DNA of 63,664 nt, filler included, from Choristocarpus tenellus KU-1152 (Eukaryota; Protista; Phaeophyceae): the NCBI GenBank assembly GCA_964200185.2. It is 14 parts of 14 records of this genome, joined end to end, with 100 filler letters (N's around TTAATTAATTAA, not from the genome) between each part and the next. Parts side by side here need not be neighbours in the genome. Positions count along the whole stretch, not along the records: positions 1 to 4,903 come from CAXNAD020012591.1; positions 5,004 to 9,436 come from CAXNAD020014578.1; positions 9,537 to 12,049 come from CAXNAD020027176.1; 11 more parts are not named here. One strand, 5' to 3'. The notes under the pieces were generated by a model. That model did no database searches and was not told the origin of the DNA. It was given only the letters and a program-made list of their open reading frames with translations. Below are positions 1 through 12,149 of the stretch, piece after piece. Each line of letters starts with the position of its first letter. Position 1 is the stretch's first letter. A program made the translations under genes and the position numbers.

Positions 1-1053
1 GGGGACGGTTAGGTGAAAGTACAGCAAAACAGCAATGTTCAACGGCAAAAAGAAACCAAATACATGCAATGTCAGTGACGTCAACATTCCTCGGTCCACA
101 CCAGTTATAGGGAGAACGTCAGGTAAATGATACACTTATTGGCCCAAGCATCTCAGTCGGAAAGGAAAGTGAGGGCATCCCTGCAACCATGGGCAGGATG
201 AAGAGTCCTGAACGTCTGGAAGTCACGTTCCTTTCGGTAACTGGACCTTTTTTTAACCGAATCAACTATCCCATTTCTATCAGACTGAAGAAATTTTTAG
301 TATCGCACATCCGCAGATATGCGTAAGATTCAACAGTTTAGTTTTTGAACTTTGCTAACTCTTACAACCTCGCTCCCTTCCCATACTGTTTATGGCACAA
401 AGGAGATATTGCAACGCATTAAGGTCATGGAGGACACAAAACCCACAACCCAACAATGCGTGAGCAATGGGTTTGAACAGAAAAAACAGGCGTACCACCT
501 CCTTATCAACACAGCATCCTGCCCAGTACAAGACAAAGTCAATACACTTCAAACTCCCTCTGCCAACATTCTTCAACGATACTTCGAAGCATCGCCCACC
601 AAAAACACCACCCTTCCAAAAATTCTTACCAGTTGAGACCTCTTGTCCGGGCGCGCTCCAGCGCCAACAACCAATCCCCACCCACGTCCACGTCTTAAGG
701 CGCTTTCATTATCATCTGTGTCCGATTCGCTATCAGCGAGGATTGGGTCCAGCTCTAGGCCAGGAAACCGCGACATCTTCTTAACCTACAAAACGACACG
801 TCTCTCGTGAGCCTGCAGCCCACGCCCACAAACTAACCTCTACAGAGTGTTAGCCTTTCAGGTAGTACTTGAAAGGTATCGTCTCTCAAAGAGGGTGGTC
901 TATTGATCAATATAACCACCTAATCCGTCCGTCCGTCCACCTTGCACCCTCAACATTCTCGATAACTCAAACTGAGAACTCCCAAAACACCAAGACCTCC
1001 TCGTTTAAAGAGAACCAAAGTGATCCCTGACTAAGGCACGTCGCAGAAACGTG

Positions 1054-1550
1054 ATGAGTGGCTTCGAGGAGAATAAATCAGCAGATCCTGCTGTTGTTGC
1101 TGTCGTTACCGATTCAGATGCGAGTTCAACAAGAGTCGAAGACGTTCACGCACCTGCCGTAAGTTCGATTGTGCTTGTCGCCAAGTGGAGAGGACAGACG
1201 TTCGAGCTAGATGGATTATCCCCATTAACAACCATTATGGAAATCAAGGTGGGGAGATGGTCGTTCTGGGGAAGCGGAAATGACTTGATGCCACTATATC
1301 TGAAACTCCAACTTGTCGGTACATTTTCGCTTTCCTCAACTGGCGTTTCCAAAGTGCATCATAGCCAGAGAGTTTCGAAACATTTTCACTTACAAATCAT
1401 CTACCCGTTTGGATATCAGGACGAGGATTTAGAATTCTAATTGTGTATCAGCTCGCACAAGCAATCACGTTGCCGTACCTCCAATGTCGTTTCCATGACC
1501 TGAAAGGGGAACCACTACATCGACGTCATACTGTTGATAGGACTCCAGGC

Positions 1551-1589
<39 letters not shown>

Positions 1590-3460
1590 GTTGCCATTGC
1601 TCTGTACTATCCGTGAGGGGTAAATACATCTCTATCTTCTCGAACTTGTTCGCTTGACAGCTGTTCGATGTATGACTGTAAGACAAATCTGCTTACACTG
1701 TAAGCTCTCTAACACCTTCGCCGAACATATGACTTGCTACTCACGAGTTACCATGCCACCTCTGGCACGCAGACAATACTTTATGGTCGTACGAACGTGC
1801 TTGCCAAGCGCCAGAAGCTCGTTGGGCTCAATGCGGGGGGCAGGCCAGCGCCTGACGACTGCCCCTTGGAGCGGGTGAAGCTGAAACAACCACACAAGTT
1901 CATCCTTGTGGGCACTCCTGAGGTTAGCTTTTTTGAAGTTACTATCTTTATCTCGTGCTTATTTTCATTTCCGCTTGTTGTGTTTTTGTTGTAGATCTTT
2001 TAGCTACCTGCGCACGAAAGTACCTCCCCTTAGGCTCCAGCGCGTGCGATGTGTGTTCGTTCGCCTTTGGCGGGGTAGTGTTTTTCTCTGTATGCCGCCT
2101 CACCCCAACACACTTTGGAGTTTTGCCCTGTGTAAGTTTGACAAATAAAACCTATGATCATGGAAATCTTAAGATTATTTTGATGTCAACCGTTCTTGTT
2201 TTGAATGTGTACCTTGTATCCCTCCAAACTCTTGCACTACATCATAGTAGCGGCACCCTTGAGCCTTCCATGTATCTCATTGCCCACATATCCATGTCCA
2301 CATGCATGCCTTCGATATTCTCATATTTTCCAATATGTGTACATGTGCAGTCTTATCGTCTATGATCACTTCAAGATATTGTATTGTGTGTTTACCCGTT
2401 GCGCTGGTATATAGAGTAAAGTCATGTTCGTAACTTCAATTGGCATGTTCTTGCTGCACGGCCAGTTGTCTGTTGATAAGACATACAGGGAAGGATCAAC
2501 ATGGGTGACACCATGTCAGACCAAGAGACAAAACTTTGCAATTGACATGACGAGGGGCATGTTCGCTCACACTTGTCAAATGTTGTTGGCCACCGCCTTA
2601 GCACCCACAAACACTCTCTTCAGAATTTGAAGATATTTCAAGGCATTTTTGCTTCATTTGAATCACAGGCGTGAAGAGGAGGGCATATCAATTTTTTGAG
2701 AGGGCTAGGATAGTGTGTTAGGTGGTGCCAATATTGAGGGGGTCAGGGGATATGTTTTCTGGGTTAATCTATCATCCTAATGGGTGTCAAAGTGACATGA
2801 GAAAGCTTGTTTTATTTATCGAAATGTTACTGCTCATGCATTAGAAAGGTTTTGGTGTAGGTGGTGGACAGCTAGGTGGAAATGGAAGGCAGGAAAACGA
2901 TCACATTCTACTTCCATGTTTGCTGTGAGGTACTTTCCAGCCTCAAGACCATGGTGGCCTTTGTACCATTGTTCCAAGCCCAGCTCTGAATTCACAGTAG
3001 AAATGGTTCAATCCTACTGTGTCAGTCCCAGATCGGCTTGTAGTTAATTGAAGGTTTGGAATGTCCACCACCCGGCCCACAAATTGAAGTGTTGACCTTG
3101 AAACACCCTGCTAACCCTCAGAGTGTCTTGGTTCGCCTCCTTTATTTGCACAAAGGTAGAGTTAATAGGGTTGTGGCAGTACTCGGAGTGTGTATGATAC
3201 GAATATTGAATTGTACTCAGAAGTATACATAACTATATATTCCGATTTGTTCAGTGCTTGGCCATGAAAAGAAAATTATATACCATTTTGCCACCACTGC
3301 CTGCCCAATTGCTTCTCTATCAACTCTCTTCTTTTTTGTACCATGTATATATATAGAGAGATGTATTCATTTTTTTGTGTTTTTTGTGTGTTTTTTTTCT
3401 TACAGGAAGACATATTCGTTGATCCCAAGGAGTGCGAAGACCTACCGGAGGTGTTTGACG
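1054..3460 (+). CDS. UBLCP1: UBLCP1-like protein (ubiquitin-like domain CTD phosphatase), 5' exons 1054-1248, 1773-1922, 3406-3460; the rest was not found in this contig
   Basis: GT-AG splicing keeps the frame: ...LVAKWRGQTFELDGLSPLTTIMEIK|TILYGRTNVLAKRQKLVGLNAGGRPAPDDCPLERVKLKQPHKFILVGTPE|EDIFVDPKECEDLPEVFD. This matches the UBLCP1 N-terminal UBL pattern (KWxGQ..., V.P.RQKL.GL...GKP, MMGT.E, then an acidic stretch). The phosphatase domain was not seen. Confidence 0.8.
1554..1587. repeat. (GA)n microsatellite in UBLCP1 intron 1
   Basis: Perfect GA run seen directly. Confidence 0.95.
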
Positions 3461-4903
3461 GTCAGTGAAATAGATGATGCAGAAGTATTTGTGTTGATGA
3501 ACTCACCAAGTTAGATTTCAATTTTAGTTGACCACAGTTCATCAACACCGAAAATTGAGCCAATACTTTGAGGTGATAAATGAGAAAGAAATGTAGTAAT
3601 GAAGCGGTAACTACATTTTTCTGTTTTATTTCTCTTGCGTTTTATGTAATGTGTGATCTGGTTTTATGTAATGTGCAATCTGGTTGCGGGGCCCTTCAAC
3701 GCTCAGCGCTTCGTGTGTAATTTGATTGTGATTGAGTCCAAGTTTTCGGCCTGATGTAAGCTATACACTCATAAATGCTTTTGATTCACAACACTGAGGA
3801 GTATATGCATATATATATATATATATATTTGCAAAACATTGTATGCTATGAATGTGACGATAATGATTCAGGTGCAAGAATAATTGAAAAAAAAACTTAC
3901 AAAGAGGATGGAAACGTATATTCCACTGTGTTGATATGCCAACTACAGTTTTAAACTGTGTTTCTGGTAGGATATCCACTTTCGAAGTAGTGCTCGTCCT
4001 TTTGCCCAAATCAAGTCGATGCATTTGCCTACAGGTTATTGTGGCTCCTTTGTTCGCCATAGAGGGCCTTTCCCATTTGGGCGTTTTGGCAAGTTTTTGG
4101 TCACCATAATCAAAGGGCCCTATGAGCTAGAATCATTGGTGTTTTGAACTGAGGATTAGCGAGTTGCTATTGCCATGGATTCATCTCTTGGTCGTTGCAT
4201 ATAGTCAGCAAGTAGCATAACTGGAATAATATAGGTCACCCTGATTATTAGGGGCCCCACCAGGGACAAAACAATATCAAGTCATCGTGCACGACACAAA
4301 TAGGAACTTTTAGAGGCATGTATGGGCACGGGTAGCAAAGGAATAGCTGAATAATTGGTCTTCAATGACGAGTATTGTCCCTTTTATTACCCAGATGAGG
4401 CAAATTACAAATGGCTCCTGTTGTCGCAAGTCTGAAGATTTGTGAATGACAACCCTCAAAAGGTGCTTCTGGTGGCCTTTGAATTGGAGGCTGGGGGGAG
4501 GGGGGGTTGTGATGCATCGAGTTCTTAAGTCGTACTGTGCATGGCAAATCACCATGGAATACTTTTTCAGTGCAAAGCACACTGAGGCTGCTGTGCATGA
4601 GGAGGGCATGCTCTTTGACCGCAGGCCCGATTAGGGTCGAGGTTTAGTACATTGTAGTTCGTAGTGCTACAGAGCTCTGATCTGTAGCACCCTTTATTGC
4701 GATGCATTTCTCAGGGTTCCGAGGCTGGATGGAGAGGGGGCGAGGGGGGCTGGTGCACTGTAATTTTGGTAGATGTAGATGGAGTACAACCCTTGGTGCG
4801 AAGGGTGTGCTTGCATCCATTTATGTCATTTATGGAGTGGGGATCAGATGAGTAGGTCGGTGGAGAAGAGGGGGGGGGGGAAGGGGAATGTTGAGAAGGT
4901 TTG

Positions 4904-5003
4904 NNNNNNNNNNNNNNNNNNNNNNNNNNNNNNNNNNNNNNNNNNNNTTAATTAATTAANNNNNNNNNNNNNNNNNNNNNNNNNNNNNNNNNNNNNNNNN
5001 NNN
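4904..5003. other. Artificial contig linker N44-TTAATTAATTAA-N44 (first of 13)
   Basis: An identical 100-bp spacer with stops in all six frames recurs at 9437, 12050, 15859, 23674, 30544, 34939, 39553, 42467, 45586, 49049, 52376 and 60005. Confidence 0.99.
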
Positions 5004-8000
5004 TCTCTGAACCTGTTCAGGATGGGAACCGGCTTGTCTCTGACTGACCCAATCTTAGTGTTGTTGTGAATAGTCCATCATCCCCACCTTCCCACCAATT
5101 TTGTCAGTTTCCTAATGCTGGTGCATTCTTAAGATTATGATGAGAAAAGCATATAATGTTAGATCGTGATCGATACAAAAAGTGAGTGTTAGTTTTGGGA
5201 GGGAAGTTAATGTTTCAGTGGAACGTTCAGTACTTTGTTATTGTGATATTTTCCACAAATCTGGGGGTCTTTGTTGGGTTGGCGCTGAGGCGTGTTTTTG
5301 GTAATCATTGATTGGGCGGTCTTATAGGCCGCCAACAAAACCTCAAACCTACTCTCATGACCTCTTCTTGATCACAATGAGTCCTGCATGTCTACTAGGA
5401 TACCTTAGCGAAACCAACTTGGATAGACGTGGATTGACCTTATTCTGCAAATTGGATGGTAGAGGAGACGCAGAAAGGCGCGTGGTGGTCGTGCGATATG
5501 AAATTGGTTAGGTGGTGAGGGTCTGTGGTGTCTCTCCTGATATTCTTGATATTCTTGATAAGTAGAGATGAGGAGCACAAGGTATGATTTGGTGGATGGA
5601 GAACCCCCGATTGGATCTGCTCCCACCCCCAGCGAGAGAGCTGGTGGAGGAGGGAAGGCTTCGTCCTCTTGTTGTTGGAGGGAGGACAAGGGGGCACCTC
5701 CTCAACACAGGCAGCATCAGTCTTTGACACCACATTTGGTGTCCATGAAGGTATGTTATTACTTATTGGACATGCTAGAATAGTTTGTAACTTGTGCATA
5801 TATCCAGAACTGTTGGGTGCAGTTGATTTGTGGTGTCCCCATTCCTGAGTGCGGAGGAAGTGCACGAACGGAAGTGCGCGATGAACAAGTTGATGACGGC
5901 CATAGTTGAGAAGACGTATCGTACGGTGTTGCTGGGACTGCACATTGATACATTCGATGTAATGCTTGAAGGGAGCTTGAATAGTTGTGTAGGAAGGTGA
6001 GTGTTTTGTCTGTGCTTCAAGCGATACTTGTAATGGGTTGCTGCGATGTGCAACAATCCTATCCCCAGGGTAGCCGTCCTTACTTTGTTTGAGTGCACGC
6101 ATGTAGATATTACTTGGGTTCTCTGTCTGAACCCCAACGAAAAGCGGAGGATGTCACGCTTTCACTGACTTCATGGACTACTTCAGAGGACGATGCCCAT
6201 CGTCCCCCTTTCATCCCCAAGAATATGAGCTCAAGTTGTCGAGAATTCTTAGCTTGGTGGAGAAAGGCACATTCGAGTCTCATTTACTGTATGCACTGAA
6301 TGGAAGACCACGTTACTGGCTCAGTACTTGCCGGTGAATGATTTGAATGTGCTCAACACAGGTTGTGAATGATTGTGTCCCACTCAAACGGTAGCTGATG
6401 AGAGAAAGCCTTGACAGGTGGTTGTAAATCCGAAAATTCGATGCCGTCTGGTTGATTCCCTTCAAGATACTCCACTGGCTGCACCCTGACCCTCCACCCT
6501 CCCCCCACCGGATTGTTGTTGGTGCCCTTGTGCCCCCATCTCTCATACCTGTCCCTGGGAGGGCTGGCACTATCAGCTGTGGTAGTGTGAGTGACACTGA
6601 CTGTGGGTTGACTGACTGTCTCTTCACACGGATCTTCTCCTGCCCTCCAGTGGATGGTAGCTCTCTGAAACCAAGGTTGACCTGTGCTTGCCAATAAGCC
6701 ATTGCCGTTCCACATACAACTTCTCCCATCTGACTGTTACTACACATGCACCTCTCCAAACAAAAGACCACTCTTGTAGGAATTTCGGCAAACTCTCTCT
6801 GTCCTAACCCTTACTTGCTTTCAAGGTGCGTCCCCATGAAGAAGGGTTGTTGCCCTTCTGTATTGGTCAAGACCAGTGTGCTGGTCGTTCCCCGCAGACT
6901 ATTCCTGTTCCCGGAGGTTGCTCCCTGTTTGTACTCTGACAAGGATATCCATCTCCTCCCTTTCCTCCCTAATCCCTTCTTCTGGTTGCCTTTATGCCCC
7001 TCCTCCCCTTACGCCCACCACACCCCCTTCAACAGGAGTCCTCTCACTACTGTCCTGTAGTGTCCCTGATTGATTGTCATGACCCTTGTCCGTGCCTGGG
7101 GGGCAGGAGGTAAATAGTAGACCTCAACACGCCCTTTTCGCTCTTTCTAAGCTTGTGTATGAGGTTTGTGTGTTAGGTATCACAACGCCTTCCATGTTGA
7201 GGTGACAATCACCCGTGGGCACATGGTTTTGTATGCGCTGCCTCTTGTTGACGTTGATCTTCTACTCCAGTGTTGAAGGAGGAAGGTGTAGTATATCCTG
7301 TAGCCTTTGTGATATTTCAATCTCATCTCCCTGCACAAGATGTTTCAGGGCATATAGCTACACCCTAGTGAAGAGTCTCCAGTGGTGGTTGCTCTGGTTT
7401 GGGGACAAGGTAAGAATACTGCCATTGAGGGTTTGTAGAGAGTTGGTACTAATGCTCACCCAGTACCAGGTTGCAGCAATTGCTATTAGCGCTGTGGTGC
7501 TTAGCATCTTCTATCCTCATATCTTGTTTCTCTTTTGGCAGTCCGGCAGTGTGAATAGAACACTCAGAGACTGCTGTTCCACAAAGCAAAATGGCTTAAG
7601 GACGCCCTACATATATGGGAAGATGAGGTTGTGGGATCAGGCAAGGAGCTTGGAGGTGGGGAGGTGCTTTTGAAACTTGACGCTGGAGCCGCCACTGGGG
7701 GGTCTATTGTTACAGTGAGTTAAGAGTGTTGTATAGTTGTAATATTTGTGGGGTGTTGTGTATTGTTTTGTAAGGGGTACTGTTTATTTGATTGGTCTCA
7801 GGATAGTTGATTATTGTGGTGGGTAGGTATTGCCATAGAATGTTGATTTATTGTGGTGGTTTATGATATACAAGGCAGTATTATTCTTGATGTATTGTGT
7901 CAAAGTGTGAGAGTTAGGGTTGGCTAGTTTATATGTCACAGTTGGGTATTGGATAGGCCATGTTGATGGTGGGGAATTTACTTGTTTGTTTTTCGATACA

Positions 8001-9755
8001 GATTCAGTGTATTGTAATGTTATATTTTCGTCAGTATTATTGTTATTAGTAAGAAGGGTACTAATAATATCTGGGTGAGACTGTCACCTGTGATGTACAC
8101 GTATGACTCTTTTGTGAACATGGGCCAAGATGCCTTTATGATAAGTTGGAAAATAACTGTGGTTTTTGTGAGAGAGAAGTATACTTAAGTGTTGCATTTC
8201 CTGTTTGGTAGAAGTTTTTTTTTATGATATATGGTATGCGCATTGGCAGAGGTTGAGACCGTGACCACTACCCGATCTTTTGATGGGCTTCTCATGCGCC
8301 CCCCCCCTTCAGAGGAGGTGTTGGCTTGAATGAAAATGACAGCAGCAATATGAGGTACAAGAATATTTGTATCAATAATCATATATTTGATGTGTATTTT
8401 GGTCTTGTAGCTGTACTATTCTAATGGCATACGATCTCTTCTATGTGTGGTATCTCTTTCATTGGGCTAGTGTGTCAGTCAGGCAGGCATCCCACTAGGA
8501 TAAGAGATGTTCAATGCATAGTGAGGTCTGTGATGGTGGATTTGCACAGGTATTGGAGGGCAGTGGTGCAGTTGTCGGTGGACATCCTGTGTGCGTTAGT
8601 TATTGTTGGGTGCAGGATTGGTGTGTTATGATGGTGTAGGGTTGGTTTTTTGTCAACTTTTTGAGAATGTAATTTGATGGTGAGTGATTGAGATATGTGA
8701 TCACTATACCTATTCATATATATATATATATATATCTCATGAGTGTATTTGGTAAGATCATTGGGTATTGATCTGACCATTGACAAGTGGGTCATCAATG
8801 ATAAAAGACAAGTGATGCCAATTTCATGGGAGTGCTGGAATGGGTCCACATAAAATTTTATTATTACTCATCTCTGTATATTCTTTAGTATTTAACAATA
8901 GATGATTGATCTCTTTTGATGAAAGTCGTGAACTTGTTTCTAGAATATTTTATTATTCTGTTCTAAAGTATGTGACAATAAAAAGAATATTTAGACAATA
9001 TGTGCAGTATTAATAGTTGATCTGTATGTATCTCTACACAATGTATGTATCTTATCACGAACCAGCCCAAAGACCCAACTTTTCATCAAGGTATTGAAAC
9101 ATCAATTATCTGGTGCGACTCATGGACAAGGTATTTCGGATGTTCCCATCTCTGTGAATCACTCTGATCTTTTTTATTTCTATTTATATATATGCTATCT
9201 TTGTACTTTGATGAATTGTATGGTTTGTGATACAGTTATACGTGTTTCCTCTGTGCAAGTTGTAAGAGTTGTATCCCATTATTATACAATATTTTTTGTT
9301 ATTTGTATTACTATCCCTAACCCCCAGCTTGTTGCTTGAAAGCTAGTATTAGCTATATTTTGTTCATGTTTGTGATACATATTTGTGAGAGGTAGCCTTA
9401 CAACCTCAACCTTGTTAACCCTGACACTGGATTGATNNNNNNNNNNNNNNNNNNNNNNNNNNNNNNNNNNNNNNNNNNNNTTAATTAATTAANNNNNNNN
9501 NNNNNNNNNNNNNNNNNNNNNNNNNNNNNNNNNNNNATACAGCAAGGGCGTCGCTCTGTCGTCTTTCGGGGACAGGTAGAAAGTGCCTACGACCACTTTT
9601 TGGTCGATATAAAAAAGGTTTCTCATATCGCGATCCCTCGGTTTAAGAGAAAACGCTCTTATATGAAATAAGAGAGGGTCGGGATATAAGAGGGGTTTTC
9701 TGCTTGCCCCTACCCTCTCTTATACAGGTACATCGAATATAATATGTTAGATATG

Positions 9756-12049
9756 TGAAACGGATGGAAACAGCCGACAGGTTCTTCGTAATGAAGGGGA
9801 GCGGGAAACTATGAATTTGTGAGAAATACATGGTATATCACTTGCAGTGTCCAAGGTCAAGGTAGCTGGTTCAGAATTAATTTTTCCTTGCACACGTATA
9901 CGTTTTGATGATGACTTTTATACACAAAGGAAGAGATGTGTATTGTGATAATGCACTAGAGTACCATGAAGAATTATTTTTATTTAGACTATGCTCTGGA
10001 CCCAAAGGAAAAATTGAATGTGAAGCATTTTCATCCTGAATATGTTGAGGAATAAACTGTGCTTGTGGAGCTAATGCTACACTAGACGAATCATGTTTCG
10101 CTCGTTTTACAACCCCATCGACTCTGTACTAGAACCGACTCCCCACCCAAAAGAACCACAGGGGTTAATGTCTTCTGGGCCCCATCAATTCCTACTGTAC
10201 TTTCGAGTTATAGCTTCCTCTATCTTCTTCTGCTTCTCCTCTTCCGTAACTCGGGGCGGCGCTCCCGGCATGTCAACATAATCCCTACACCATCCCCATT
10301 CATGTTTTTTGGACTTTTACTGGCAATGGGGGTTCTCGCACGTAAATCTGTTTGGCGTACCGTCTTCGTGTCGGCGTTTAGCTCCTTTTTGAGGACCATA
10401 GGTGGAGAGCGCAGAAGGGGGCTTCGAAGAGTCGTGAATGTTGTTTACACGTCCACGAAACTGTCGGTTTAACGTTCGAACTTCTCGCTCGAGCCGCTTA
10501 TTGGTTGCTTGAAGTGCCGCCATTTTTGCCAAAGTAATCTTAGGCTGTCCGGCGTGACCGGCGGAAACAGCAGAAACAGCAGTCGTAAAAGCTGACGGAA
10601 TCGAAGAAACAGGGGTAAGAGCGTGGGCGTGTCTTTTTCCCATTAGATTGTTGGCTTCATGACGTTTAGCGCGAGTGATAGTCAGGTAAAGTGGAAACGA
10701 AATCTTCACTGAACTGTTTTAGCTGAAGATGAGGTTGTAGTCCACCTTCGAAAATGGCAATCGCAATTTGGTCGATATATTTACGATCGCTTGAATCTGG
10801 AGATGAACGGTCTACAGCTGTAGTAAATCTACCAAAAGGTGTCGAAATCGAAGGGCACATGCTTCAAGGGTTTCATCGGATTTTTGGGAAATATTAGCCC
10901 ACTGTCTGCCCCACTCTCCTACCGCATTCGCGTGACTGATTGTGTTTATAAAAACCACACACAATTGATCCCATGTTTTAGGGGCAACAATGGGAATAGG
11001 ATCGGTGGAGTTATTCTGCATTTGGATGGCACGCAATTGTGCAGGTGAACGCCATTCAACTTTGCCTTCCATACTCAGCAAATATATCATATTGGCATTA
11101 GTATCTAAAATCAAAGGCAAATAGGCCATACATGCCCTATCAATAGTTGACTGATCACGTTGTGATTCATGAAGTTGAAGTGTGACGTGCATACGAAAAC
11201 TTGTCAGAAGAGTTGGTACGTCAGTTGTAGTTGAAGGCAGACACATATCTTTAAGAAAATTCGCTTGTGACATTTTCGGTAAAGTAGTAATTGGGGCCGT
11301 TGGGGGGAGTTGCCTTACATCAGTCATGTCTCTTGTCTCCGTCCAATTCCGGATTAGGTCCATGTTAGGAGGATGTCTCTCTTCCAGAGCAGTCTTCAAT
11401 TCGTCGTTGATCAAAGTTATGCACAAATCTCCCGTAGACGACGTCCTTGAATGGGAAGAGCTTGGCGCTGATGGGGTCGAGATAGACCTTGAGGTTTGGA
11501 TATGGGCAGACTGAGAGACAGGCGGGGTCGGTGGTAAAGTAGATGGGATCAAGGGGTTGTTGCCTGTGGACATAAGTTGATGTACAACCCGTTGATCTAC
11601 CCTTCTAAAATCCGGATTCACATAAATTCCTGAAGTCTTGTGTAGTAAACGTTTCCTCCCATCGTCAAGGATAACTTCCTCGAAGGATAAAGTATCCTGA
11701 TCCTGGAAAACTGGAAGTAAATGCTCATCAGGCTCGTTTTCCTTGAACTCCTCCGCCATTAAAACCTGAAATCGGTTTGAAGTTGTGTGGAACGTACTTT
11801 TTCTTCTCCTTGATCGAACTGTATGCCAATCAGAATGATTTGGCATAGGTGGTGCTCAAAGTACAGGCAATGTATTCAGAGTTTCCCCAAAAAAGTACTG
11901 GAAAAGTACTCTCCCACTTCAAAACGATTGCTGCCGTCGCCACTCTGAAACAGGTGGAAACAGCCGACAGGTTCTTCGTAATGAAGGGAAGCGGGAAGAC
12001 CCACAGGAGGACAGATCAAAGAGAGAAAAGGTCAAAGAGGGAGATCAAT
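9756..12049 (-). mobile_element. LTR retroelement remnant carrying gag only (no pol seen)
   Basis: A ~52-bp direct repeat at 9756-9807 and 11946-11997 ends in GTTTCA on the minus strand in both copies. The upstream copy is followed by GAG and a PBS-like TGGCGACGGCAGC (plus-strand 11930-11942). A candidate 3' LTR starts TGTAAAAC at 10111 after a purine-rich GATGGGG. A gag pseudo-ORF lies between the repeats. Confidence 0.65.
10185..11846 (-). pseudogene. Retrotransposon Gag-like protein with two frameshifts and one internal stop
   Basis: The 344-aa ORF ends with the capsid major-homology-like motif ISQKSDETLEACALRFRHL. It continues in other frames as IAIFEGGLQPHLQ and TITRAKRHEAN, then a CCHC knuckle C-ENPH-C-Q*KSKK-H-EWGW-C before a stop near 10185. 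Confidence 0.75.
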
Positions 12050-12149
12050 NNNNNNNNNNNNNNNNNNNNNNNNNNNNNNNNNNNNNNNNNNNNTTAATTA
12101 ATTAANNNNNNNNNNNNNNNNNNNNNNNNNNNNNNNNNNNNNNNNNNNN

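Noticed and set aside
4948-4959. Recurrent palindromic TTAATTAATTAA as a biological repeat or CRISPR-like element
   Set aside because: It is always embedded in exactly 44+44 N, so it is an artificial contig linker. ORFs running into it (ending X...LIN) are artefacts.
10812-10860. Programmed ribosomal frameshift in gag
   Set aside because: It lies inside the capsid domain without a canonical slippery heptamer, and a second frameshift and an internal stop indicate decay.
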